NCBI RefSeq assembly: GCF_020969955.1
Contig: NZ_JAHDSX010000006.1
Coordinates: 1 to 32,000 of the forward strand
Direction of reading: 5' to 3'
DNA: 32,000 nucleotides
Origin: Allobaculum fili
Lineage (GTDB): Bacteria > Bacillota_I > Bacilli_A > Erysipelotrichales > Erysipelotrichaceae
Of the stretch, positions 1-7,707 are shown piece by piece. Numbering within the stretch: the first letter of the stretch is position 1; the number at the start of each line of letters is the position of its first letter. The translations under genes and the position numbers were made by a program. The notes under the pieces are model-generated. The model did no database searches and was not told the DNA's origin. It saw only the letters and a list, made by a program, of their open reading frames with translations.

Positions 1-247
1 CATTGGCCCAGTCTTTAAGAACTGTCTTAGATGTATGAACCGCTGGAGAAGTCGGTTCTTCAAGAGGTACGAATTTGCCATTAATGATGTGGCCGATAGT
101 AGGACCATCGACTGGATAACAATGGCCGTTCTTGCGGACACAGCCGACTCGCTGCTTGACAGCGTATCGATCCTTGTTTTTTCCATAGGCATAGACAATC
201 GAATTTTTGGGACGTGGTACGGCACGAATCTCAGCTGGAACAGACAT
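1..247 (-). CDS. Hypothetical protein, N-terminal 82 aa only (gene runs off the left edge); possibly a transposase or other mobile-element protein
   Basis: My own translation of the minus strand from ATG 247-245 gives MSVPAEIRAVPRPKNSIVYAYGKNKDRYAVKQRVGCVRKNGHCYPVDGPTIGHIINGKFVPLEEPTSPAVHTSKTVLKDWAN... with no stop before the edge. AAGGAG (259-254) lies 6 nt upstream of the ATG. It is absent from the ORF track because it has no stop in the window. The transposase suggestion rests only on remembered similarity to Firmicutes DDE-transposase N-termini. Confidence 0.6.
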   Translation of the reverse strand, partial: MSVPAEIRAVPRPKNSIVYAYGKNKDRYAVKQRVGCVRKNGHCYPVDGPTIGHIINGKFVPLEEPTSPAVHTSKTVLKDWAN

Positions 248-413
248 ATTTGGCTCCTTTTCATATAGTGTATTTATATCTGTCTTATATCATTAAATAA
301 TCTATACAGGGAGGATTTTTATAATAAAAATGAAATTTCAAAGAATCAAATTGATTTACGATTTTTGCTTAATAATGCTTGTTAATCGCATGTCTGGTCA
401 TGAAGCCAGGCAG

Positions 414-446
414 AATTAAAAGAGAGCCTCGAAAAAAAGGCTCTCT
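414..446 (-). terminator. GC-rich hairpin with a T-tail on the minus strand; possible insulator or terminator just upstream of the 1-247 gene
   Basis: AGAGAGCC (421-428) pairs with GGCTCTCT (439-446) around a 10-nt loop. On the minus strand the stem is followed by TTTAATT. Confidence 0.4.
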
Positions 447-518
447 AATGAGATAAAATTTCAAAAACGAGCGATTTGTATAGTTAAGCTCGTTGGGAAA
501 GTTCTAGAGGAATAAAAA

Positions 519-863
519 ATGAATTTCAAAGATCCATATAGAAATCTTTTAAGAAAAAGAATAGCTGTTTCCGATGAAGCCATTACCTTCAGCGAGCTTT
601 TCATCAAGGATACAGTACATTTATTTGCGGCTAACATTCCCGACGCCATGCACTTCTTAAAAAACAATTGCACGGAAGACGAGTATTCATGGATCAGCGA
701 AATCATTGACGATAGTGCAGAACAGTCGAAAAGTGTTGAACTCATTGAGGCATATAAGAATCTGGCTGAAAAATATCCAGAAGAAACGAAGAGCTACAAT
801 ATAAAATCATTCATTAATTCCGCTATGGCCATTGCTGAGTCCTGGCAGGAGGATGAAGACTAG
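519..863 (+). CDS. Hypothetical small acidic protein (114 aa), orphan
   Basis: ATG 519 follows AGAGGA. The sequence looks helical and protein-like and ends ...ESWQEDED. It uses TTA, TCA, AGA and ATA codons, which the core genes avoid. It lies in an AT-rich islet. I recognise no family. Confidence 0.6.
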   Translation: MNFKDPYRNLLRKRIAVSDEAITFSELFIKDTVHLFAANIPDAMHFLKNNCTEDEYSWISEIIDDSAEQSKSVELIEAYKNLAEKYPEETKSYNIKSFINSAMAIAESWQEDED

Positions 864-910
864 TCTTCTAAACTCAATCTAGTATAAAAAATCGCACGTA
901 AATCGCACAT

Positions 911-949
911 CAAAACAAAATAAAAACCCGATAGGCTTTACCTACCGGG
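911..949 (-). terminator. Rho-independent terminator downstream of tRNA-Leu (may also serve the 519-863 gene on the plus strand)
   Basis: CCCGATAGG (927-935) pairs with CCTACCGGG (941-949) with one mismatch. On the minus strand the stem is followed by TTTTTATTTTGTTTTG. Confidence 0.7.
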
Positions 950-961
950 ATATTTGTTAAG

Positions 962-1045
962 TGGTGCGGACGATGCGAGTCGAACGCACACGGGTTGCCC
1001 CACTGCCGCCTGAAGACAGCGTGTCTGCCATTTCACCACGTCCGC
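962..1045 (-). tRNA. tRNA-Leu: tRNA-Leu, anticodon CAG, class II with a long variable arm and encoded CCA
   Basis: The reverse complement reads GCGGACGTGGTGAAATGGCAGACACGCTGTCTTCAGGCGGCAGTGGGGCAACCCGTGTGCGTTCGACTCGCATCGTCCGCACCA. Acceptor stem is GCGGACG/CGTCCGC. Anticodon stem is CTGTC/GGCAG with loop TTCAGGC. The T-loop is TTCGACT. Confidence 0.93.
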
Positions 1046-1072
1046 ATATGCGCTTTGTTTCAACGCTTTGAT

Positions 1073-1083
1073 ATTATAGCATG
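1073..1083 (-). promoter_or_regulatory. Extended -10 promoter (TGcTATAAT) for tRNA-Leu
   Basis: The minus strand reads caTGcTATAAT about 28 nt upstream of the mature tRNA 5' end. The -35 element is weak. Confidence 0.45.
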
Positions 1084-1260
1084 CGAAATCAGAACTGGAA
1101 GACCAAAGTACATTTAAATTCTAAAGATTTTCTAAACAAAATGCCCGGTTCACTTGTTCTGTTCCCTGAACGGAACGAGAAAACGGGCTTGTGCCTCTAT
1201 GTGGACGTCTGGATCTGGATTTTTCTTTTGCTTTTTCCTTTGGCCAAGAGCGGATAACAG

Positions 1261-1310
1261 AAAAGAGACGGCATAGATCGACGAAAAGGTCGATGCCGTC
1301 TCTTTTATTT
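1261..1310 (-). terminator. Rho-independent terminator of the PurD-like gene
   Basis: AGAGACGGCAT..CGAC pairs with GTCGATGCCGTCTCT (1264-1303). A-rich and T-rich flanks sit on both sides, with TTTCTGTT following on the minus strand. Confidence 0.7.
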
Positions 1311-1357
1311 ATTCAGGGATTTCGAAGATTCGTCTTTTCTTTTGCAACGGAATCCAG

Positions 1358-2593
1358 CTAGTCGAGATCCTGTCCAATGTCGGAACGATGAATCAGATCG
1401 GAGCAGTGAATGGCGTCTGCGGATTCCTGTACTTTTGCACAGGCTCCGGCAAGCGTTTCGTCTACGCGGGTAAGAATAAGTACGCGTCCGCCGTCCGTAA
1501 GGATCCGGCCGTTTTCTCCGACTTTTGCGTGGTTGTAGTTGATGATGCCTTCAAAGTCTTCATCCATCACAATCGGCGCATCGTGGGAATCGGTCTGCGG
1601 ATAGTCCTTGCCGGCCAGAACAACGGAAACTGCTACTTTCGGCCGCCATTCGAGATTTACCGGTTTGCCTTCCTGCAGATCGAACCAGGCTTTGGCCAGA
1701 TCGCTGCGCAGAAGCTGCAGATAGGAAACCGCACCGGTTTCTGAAAGACCCGGTTTCATGTTTACGCAGACCAGACCGTGATCGGTCAGCACAAATTCAC
1801 CGGTCAGAAGACCGTTGTAGTCCACGCCACGTTTCTGGATCACCTTGAAGAACGGAACCATAATTCGCTCAACGGCTTCCTGGGCGTGTTCATGACTGAT
1901 CGGACCTCTGGCGCTGCATACCGCGCCCATTCCTTTGGCCTGCGGATCGTCTTCATGTTCATAAATACCGCGCATCACAATATAAGGAAGAAGCGGAACC
2001 ACACGGGCCTTATAAACCATAACCGGCAGATTAAAGCGGCGGCCTTCTTTAAATTCAGAAACCATGACGCGGGTACGTCCATTTCCAAACCATTCTTCCA
2101 GCAGATCCAGCGCTTCGTCTTCGTTATACGGAATGGCGAACCGTTTTTCGCCTTCCACTTCCTTCAGTACGAACGGGCATGGAAATTCTTCCACAAACTT
2201 TCGTGCTTCTTCAATCGTATTCAGCATGCGGAAATCCGCTACCGGAATATCGTTTTCCTGCATAATCTTGGCCCAGAGCGGCTTGTCATCAATCATATGA
2301 CAGGCTTTGATATCCGGGGCCAGAACATTCCATCCACGGCTGGAGAGACTGTCTCCCCATCCCTTGCGGATGAGATCCTCATCACAGAGAATGACCAGAT
2401 CTGGTTCAAACTCCACCAGCGTTCCAAAAATGTCTTCAGGATTATAGTTATCCGGGAGCTCTTCTACCGACTGCTCAAACTGAACCGTTCCCGGATTTCC
2501 GGGGACGACGAGTACTTCATTACTGCCGCGGCATTCCAGAAGCGAACCCAGAGCTTGTTCTTTCGCATTTTCACCAATAACAATTATTTTCAT
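1358..2593 (-). CDS. PurD-like ATP-grasp protein (phosphoribosylamine--glycine ligase family) with divergent active-site motifs
   Basis: I moved the start to ATG 2593 (MKIIVIG...), 8 nt after GAGGAG (2607-2602). Compared by eye with E. coli PurD, VVPGNPGT, GMGA, TDGGRVL and RSDIG are conserved. GGREHA is replaced by ENAKEQA, KADGLAAGKG by KEVEGEKRF, and EFNCRFGDPE by CVNMKPGLSE. Confidence 0.8.
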   Translation of the reverse strand: MKIIVIGENAKEQALGSLLECRGSNEVLVVPGNPGTVQFEQSVEELPDNYNPEDIFGTLVEFEPDLVILCDEDLIRKGWGDSLSSRGWNVLAPDIKACHMIDDKPLWAKIMQENDIPVADFRMLNTIEEARKFVEEFPCPFVLKEVEGEKRFAIPYNEDEALDLLEEWFGNGRTRVMVSEFKEGRRFNLPVMVYKARVVPLLPYIVMRGIYEHEDDPQAKGMGAVCSARGPISHEHAQEAVERIMVPFFKVIQKRGVDYNGLLTGEFVLTDHGLVCVNMKPGLSETGAVSYLQLLRSDLAKAWFDLQEGKPVNLEWRPKVAVSVVLAGKDYPQTDSHDAPIVMDEDFEGIINYNHAKVGENGRILTDGGRVLILTRVDETLAGACAKVQESADAIHCSDLIHRSDIGQDLD

Positions 2594-3217
2594 ACACCAA
2601 TCTCCTCTGTTCAGGTTTGCCATTTCTGCAATTCATATTACCATGTGCATTTTCCCTGACCGCAGATCCTGCTAACTCCTGTTCAGTTTGTCATATTTGA
2701 GGAAAGATATTTTTAACTGATGCAAAGGAATTTTAGGAAGGGCAATCTGTCCACAGTATGCGCCGTCCTTTTTTGTCTATTCTTTCCTACGCTCACGTTT
2801 CATCTTATCCGTATACTTTCATCCAGCTTTTCTTACTTTTCAAAAAAGGCCGGTTCATAAAGTCTTTTCTTCGGGTATCCGAAGAAGACGAACTTTAAAC
2901 AGCCTTAAGATTGTACGACAGATCGTCATAATCTTTGTGATTTTTAGTGCATCCGTTTTCAAACCGCCTGTTTTGTCCTGCCGAACGCCTGAATCGTTTC
3001 CGATCGCACCCCCTGAACGTACACGGGGAAAACGTTCAGTTCTGTCATTTTGTCAGAAAAGAGCGTGCGCGGCTCAGAATTCTGTTACATTGATATATAC
3101 CTTTTCCTGTCCGGACGATGCGTTTCCTTCACTTTGAAAAACGATCGCCGGCCGTTTAAAAAAGCAGGCAGACCGCAAACCTTTCCGCAAAATCTGCGCT
3201 GCCAGAAAGGAGAACCT

Positions 3218-4711
3218 GTGAATTCTGAACCGTCCAAATCCAGCCCTTCTTTACAGGAGCCGGCTGCCCAGAAGAAGGCTTCGAAAAAAGCTTCCAGAAA
3301 ACAATCCCGGCCGGCAAACCGGAACAGAAACCGGCGTAGAAATCGGATTCTGCTTCTGATTGCGCTGATTGCCGCCGCCGTTGCGGGTTTCTATCTGCTT
3401 TTCAAGGCGCTGAACCCGATCAGCCTGGCTTCCGAAGTCTATGTGGCTGAATATACCGAGTCGTTTAACTCCAAAGGAAACCTGAAATCGGTCTTCCTGG
3501 ATTCCGAAGACAAAGTCACATTTAAAGGCTCAGTAGATAAAGATAAAATCGGCACTTACGATGCCGCCTATGTGTATAAAGGAAAAGAATATCCGTTTCT
3601 CGTTGAAGTAAAGGATACGAAAGGCCCCGAGCTCGAAGTCCACGATCTGACCATTACGACCAATGAGAATCTGACGCCGCGCATGTTCGTGACATCGTGT
3701 TCCGATCCGTCCAACTATTCCCTGAAAATGACCGGCGATGACCCCAAGCGCCGCGAAGGGTCCTATGAAATCACCATTACAGCCCGGGATGACTACGAAA
3801 ACGAAACCAGCAAGACCGTCAAGCTGACCCGCGTCAACGATACCCATCCTCCGGTCATTGAAAACTTCACCGAAAGCATTGAGCTGCTCCAGGGAAAACC
3901 GTATCCCGCCGAACAGCTGATCATCACGGATGACTATGACGAAAAGCCTTCCGTACACATCGATACTTCGGCGCTGAATACGGAAGCCCCGGGTTCCTAT
4001 CCGGTTACCATTCGTCTCATTGACCATTCCGGCAACGAACAGACGTATTCGCAGACGGTTACCGTAAAGGAAAATCCAAACTACGGAAAGAAACTGGTGT
4101 ATCTGACCTTCGAAGAAGGTCCGTCCAGCCAGACCGATGCCATTCTGGACGCTCTGGAGCGCAATAACGTCAAAGCGACCTTCTTTGTTACGGCGGAGCA
4201 TCCAGAATCCGCCGATAAGATCCGCAAAATTGCGGATGCGGGCCATTCGCTGGGCCTGATGTCCTATTCCAACAATCCTTCCGCCATCTACAAATCCGAA
4301 GACGCGTATTTCAAGGATCTGGACAAAATTTCCAGTCTGGTCCGTGAAGAAACCGGTCAGGATGTCAAACTGATCCGCTTCCCGGAAGGATCCGGCAACA
4401 CGGTCGTTCCCGGCACGGGAATCATGTCCGATCTCGTTCGTGCCATCAGCCAGAAAGGCTACATGTACTGCGACTGGAACGCGGATTCCAACGACTGGTA
4501 TGACGTGAACATCGATCCAAACACGCTGATCAACACCTGTCTCCAGCATATGACAGCCGATCAGCTGGTCGTCCGCTTCCACGACTCGCCCGACCAGTCC
4601 ACGACTGCCCAGGCGCTCGATGCGATCATTCAGAACTATCGGGACAACGGCTATTCTTTTGAAGTCATTGATGAAACGACGATCCTTCCGCATCAGGTTG
4701 TCATGAACTGA
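3218..4711 (+). CDS. Membrane-anchored polysaccharide deacetylase (NodB/CE4 domain) with two Ig-like (DUF5011-type) repeats
   Basis: GTG 3218 lies 5 nt after AAAGGAG. The N-terminus is a basic tail (KKASKKASRKQSRPANRNRNRRRNR) followed by a TM helix (ILLLIALIAAAVAGFYLLF). The C-terminal NodB-like block carries LTFEEGP, GHSLGLMSYS, IRFPEGS, DWNADSNDW and VVRFHD. Confidence 0.85.
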   Translation: MNSEPSKSSPSLQEPAAQKKASKKASRKQSRPANRNRNRRRNRILLLIALIAAAVAGFYLLFKALNPISLASEVYVAEYTESFNSKGNLKSVFLDSEDKVTFKGSVDKDKIGTYDAAYVYKGKEYPFLVEVKDTKGPELEVHDLTITTNENLTPRMFVTSCSDPSNYSLKMTGDDPKRREGSYEITITARDDYENETSKTVKLTRVNDTHPPVIENFTESIELLQGKPYPAEQLIITDDYDEKPSVHIDTSALNTEAPGSYPVTIRLIDHSGNEQTYSQTVTVKENPNYGKKLVYLTFEEGPSSQTDAILDALERNNVKATFFVTAEHPESADKIRKIADAGHSLGLMSYSNNPSAIYKSEDAYFKDLDKISSLVREETGQDVKLIRFPEGSGNTVVPGTGIMSDLVRAISQKGYMYCDWNADSNDWYDVNIDPNTLINTCLQHMTADQLVVRFHDSPDQSTTAQALDAIIQNYRDNGYSFEVIDETTILPHQVVMN

Positions 4712-4763
4712 TACGAATTTTCTGAGCTGCTCTGTGATTTTTCGCAGAGCGAAGACCATAGAC

Positions 4764-4812
4764 AAAAGGCGATACGCTCGTGATTCTGCGCGCGTATCGC
4801 CTTTTTCTGTTT
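4764..4812. terminator. Bidirectional terminator between the convergent deacetylase and trxB genes
   Basis: GGCGATACGC (4768-4777) pairs with GCGTATCGCC (4792-4801), flanked by AAAA and TTTTTCTGTTT. Confidence 0.75.
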
Positions 4813-4864
4813 CTGACTCTGAATTTCTGTATGAATTTTCGTCTGCCGAAATCGATGAATGATC

Positions 4865-5779
4865 CTAGATTCCGGTGACGTAGTGGAAGGCTTCTTCCGC
4901 TGCGATAGCACCGTCTCCGCAGGCGGTAACGATCTGACGAAGTTCCTTGTCGATGCAGTCGCCGCATCCGAAAATTCCAGGAACGGCGGTTCTCATGCGG
5001 CGGTCAACGACCAGATAGCCGCGCTCATCGAGTACGCCAAGATCCTTCACAAAGCTGGTTTCCGGAATGTGACCGATGTAAGGGAAGATGCCCTGACATT
5101 TCAGATGTACTTCGAGGCCGTCTTCGAGGTTTTTGAGGGTAAGTCCGCTGACTTTGCCGTCTTCCATCTGAATGGAAACCGGGATGTGATGACGGATTAC
5201 GCGAATCTTGTCGTTGGCGGCGATGTCCTGCTGCACTTTGGTTGCTGCACGGAATTCATCGCGGCGGATGACAATCGTTACCGAAGACGCGAAGCGCGCC
5301 AGGAACTGCGCTTCTTCCAGAGCGGAGTTGCCGCCGCCGATGACAACGACTTCCTTTTCACGGAAGAAGGCGCCGTCGCATACGGCGCAGAAGCTTTCGC
5401 CGTGACCGATGGCTTCCTGTTCGCCAGGGATATCGAGATGACGTTCTGCCGCACCCGTGGCGACAATAACGGCTTTCGCATTGATGATGGTGCCGTCTTT
5501 CAGGATGACCTGATGACCGGCGGATACGGATTCAACTTCGCCAAACATGTACTGGGCGCCGAACTCGATGGACTGCTGATACATCTGCATGGCCAGATCC
5601 GGTCCGGAAACGGAAGGTACGCCAGGATAGTTATCGACCTGGTACGTTTTGAGAAGTTTTCCGCCTGGAGCCGTACCGTCAATCATGACTGTCGTCAGTC
5701 CGGCACGGGAAGCATACAGTGCGGCGGTCATTCCAGCTGGGCCGGCGCCGATAATCACAAGATCATATTCTTGTTCCAT
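4865..5779 (-). CDS. trxB: Thioredoxin-disulfide reductase
   Basis: 304 aa with GAGPAG (FAD), the CAVC redox centre, GGGNSALEEA (NADPH) and GDC motifs. Confidence 0.95.
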   Translation of the reverse strand: MEQEYDLVIIGAGPAGMTAALYASRAGLTTVMIDGTAPGGKLLKTYQVDNYPGVPSVSGPDLAMQMYQQSIEFGAQYMFGEVESVSAGHQVILKDGTIINAKAVIVATGAAERHLDIPGEQEAIGHGESFCAVCDGAFFREKEVVVIGGGNSALEEAQFLARFASSVTIVIRRDEFRAATKVQQDIAANDKIRVIRHHIPVSIQMEDGKVSGLTLKNLEDGLEVHLKCQGIFPYIGHIPETSFVKDLGVLDERGYLVVDRRMRTAVPGIFGCGDCIDKELRQIVTACGDGAIAAEEAFHYVTGI

Positions 5780-6489
5780 TTTGATTCCTCCTTGAGAAGA
5801 AAAGGAAGCTGGCGAAGATCATCGATCAGATAATCCGGACCTTCCTTTTCGAGTGCTGTTCTTTGTACTGTATCTAAAGTATAGCCGATGGACACAAAAC
5901 CGGCTCTGTGTGCCGCCTGAATGTCTGCGTCGTTGTCTCCGACGTAGACCGCTTTTTCCTTTGGATAGCCCATGACTTTCGCCGCATGCAGCAGTCCTGC
6001 CGGATCCGGCTTGCAGGCCGGCTGATCTTCCTTCGCGAATACCGCCTCAAAATATGGACGCAGATGACAGATTTCCATCCCCAGCAAAACCGGTTCGCGC
6101 CGCTTGTTGGAAAGGATTCCCATCGCATACCCTTCGTCATACAGCTTCTGAACGGTTTCGAGCGCATGCGGCATTTCACGCAGCAACATGTAATGCAGAT
6201 CCTTGTTAATTTTCTGATAGAGGTCGATCACGTCTTCCACTTCTTCCGGCGGAAAATAGCGAAGAAAGGTCGTTTCGAGCGTTGGGCCGAAAAAGGAATA
6301 CAGCTCTTCGGGGCTCAGCTGGTAATCGGGAAGCTTCTGGGCAAACACCTGCCGGAACGTCTCGAACACAAGATTCTGCGAATCGATCAGCGTGCCGTCC
6401 AGGTCAAACAGCACCAGCGGCTTTTGCGGATCGACAGTATGTTTTGAGGATGGGGTCTGTCCTGCATTGGAATTTGGCAATTTTTCCAT
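5755..6489 (-). CDS. ppaX: HAD-superfamily hydrolase, PpaX-like pyrophosphatase/phosphatase
   Basis: Carries the DLDGTLIDS motif I, SNK motif and GDNDADI motif. Its position downstream of hprK matches the B. subtilis hprK...ppaX context. GGAGAG RBS. It overlaps the trxB start by 25 nt. Confidence 0.7.
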   Translation of the reverse strand: MEKLPNSNAGQTPSSKHTVDPQKPLVLFDLDGTLIDSQNLVFETFRQVFAQKLPDYQLSPEELYSFFGPTLETTFLRYFPPEEVEDVIDLYQKINKDLHYMLLREMPHALETVQKLYDEGYAMGILSNKRREPVLLGMEICHLRPYFEAVFAKEDQPACKPDPAGLLHAAKVMGYPKEKAVYVGDNDADIQAAHRAGFVSIGYTLDTVQRTALEKEGPDYLIDDLRQLPFLLKEESKWNKNMIL

Positions 6490-6616
6490 GTTCGCTCTCC
6501 TTAAAAAATGCCTTGCGGCATTCTCGTCGTTTTCGTTTCGGGGTACTTCGGGTATCCCCGGTCTATTTTGCGTACATCGGGTTCATTCCATCACGTGCAT
6601 ATCGCGTACATATGGA

Positions 6617-6645
6617 AACAGAGCGCCGGGAGCGCTCTGTTTTTC
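6617..6645. terminator. GC hairpin between hprK and the ppaX-like gene
   Basis: AACAGAGCGC (6617-6626) pairs with GCGCTCTGTT (6632-6641). The T-tail is better on the plus strand (TTTTCG) than on the minus strand, so which transcript it stops is unclear. Confidence 0.45.
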
Positions 6646-6720
6646 GATGTCTGATTTTTGTATTCGTTCATTCTTTCGGCAGTGTCTGTGATTCACGCCG
6701 TTTTTTACGCTTTGGCCATC

Positions 6721-7707
6721 TTAATTGAGCGGCTCTGCGTTTTGCATGGCTGCGGCTTTGACTTCTTCCTCTTCTTCACTGCGGTTCTTTTCAATTTCTT
6801 CGAGAACCAGCTCTTCGAAAACTTCTGCGGAATCGAAGCCGTCCTGCTGAAGCAGATAGTTGGTTACCGCCGTTTCAATAACGGTCGCCATCGGCCGGCC
6901 GTACGTAACCGGGATGACCATTTTCAAAACCGGGATGCCAAGGTAGTTGGAATACTGCTTGTCTCCCAGACCGACACGGTCATACGCCACGCTCGGATTA
7001 TACGTTTCGAGACGAATTTCAAAACTGATTTCCGCGGAATTGGCAACCGAGGTAATGCCGTACAGGCGCTTGATATCGATAATGCCGACGCCGCGCAGTT
7101 CCATGAATCCGGAAATGACCTGAGCGGTTTTGCCGACGAGCGTGTTGTGAATTCGATACAGATCCACCCGGTCATCGGCAACCAGCTGATGGCCCCGCTT
7201 GACGAGGTCCAGTACGATTTCACTTTTGCCGGAGCCGCTGGTTCCGGTAATCAGAACGCCTACGCCGTAAATGCGGACGAGTTCGCCGTGCAGCAGTGTC
7301 GCCGGGGCGAGCAGTTCGTCGAGATAGTTGGTGACATTGACGACGACCTGGCTCGTTTTTGTCTTCGTTTCAAAGACAGGAAAGTCCTTCCGATCGGAAA
7401 TCTCCTTGAGAATCGGCGGGCAGACGTGGCCGCCGGTCAGAAGAATGCAGGGGGTATCCGCATGCGTCACGAATTCAAAAACACGGCGCTGCTGGATTTC
7501 GTCCATCTGTTCGGTAATGTAGCGGTATTCTTTACCGCCGATCACGATCAGACGCTTCGTCTGCGAATGGGACAGGTAGCCGGCGAGTTCAAGACCCGGA
7601 CGGTTAATATCCGGCAGGGTGATCGGGCGCTTGAGGGCTTTGCTGGTGCCGGCCACCTGGTTCCAGTGAAATTTCACAACCAGATCCCGGACTGTTGCTT
7701 TCGCCAT
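6721..7707 (-). CDS. hprK: HPr kinase/phosphorylase
   Basis: 328 aa. The Walker A is GTSGSGKSE, followed by the signature LVADDRV...ELRGVGIIDI. Confidence 0.95.
   Translation of the reverse strand: MAKATVRDLVVKFHWNQVAGTSKALKRPITLPDINRPGLELAGYLSHSQTKRLIVIGGKEYRYITEQMDEIQQRRVFEFVTHADTPCILLTGGHVCPPILKEISDRKDFPVFETKTKTSQVVVNVTNYLDELLAPATLLHGELVRIYGVGVLITGTSGSGKSEIVLDLVKRGHQLVADDRVDLYRIHNTLVGKTAQVISGFMELRGVGIIDIKRLYGITSVANSAEISFEIRLETYNPSVAYDRVGLGDKQYSNYLGIPVLKMVIPVTYGRPMATVIETAVTNYLLQQDGFDSAEVFEELVLEEIEKNRSEEEEEVKAAAMQNAEPLN

Noticed and set aside
330-419. A 29-codon plus-strand ORF (MKFQRIKLIYDFCLIMLVNRMSGHEARQN) followed by the hairpin; considered as a type I toxin or leader peptide.
   Set aside because: The hydrophobic stretch is too short for a TM helix. 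The GGAGGA is 14 nt from the ATG. A TATAAT box sits only 5 nt upstream, so the ATG would not be in a normal mRNA context. No antisense RNA signature is evident.
461-745. A 94-aa minus-strand ORF whose stop lies 15 nt before the 421-446 hairpin.
   Set aside because: It overlaps the 519-863 plus-strand ORF, which has an RBS and a much more protein-like sequence. The minus-strand product is Ser/Leu-rich, as is typical of antisense translation. The conveniently placed hairpin leaves a small residual doubt.
2594-2950. A purine or glycine riboswitch upstream of the PurD-like gene.
   Set aside because: I could find no match to the purine aptamer core (UAUA...CGCGUGGAUAUGG...CUACCGGG...) or to glycine-riboswitch GGAGAG/CACCG elements on the minus strand.
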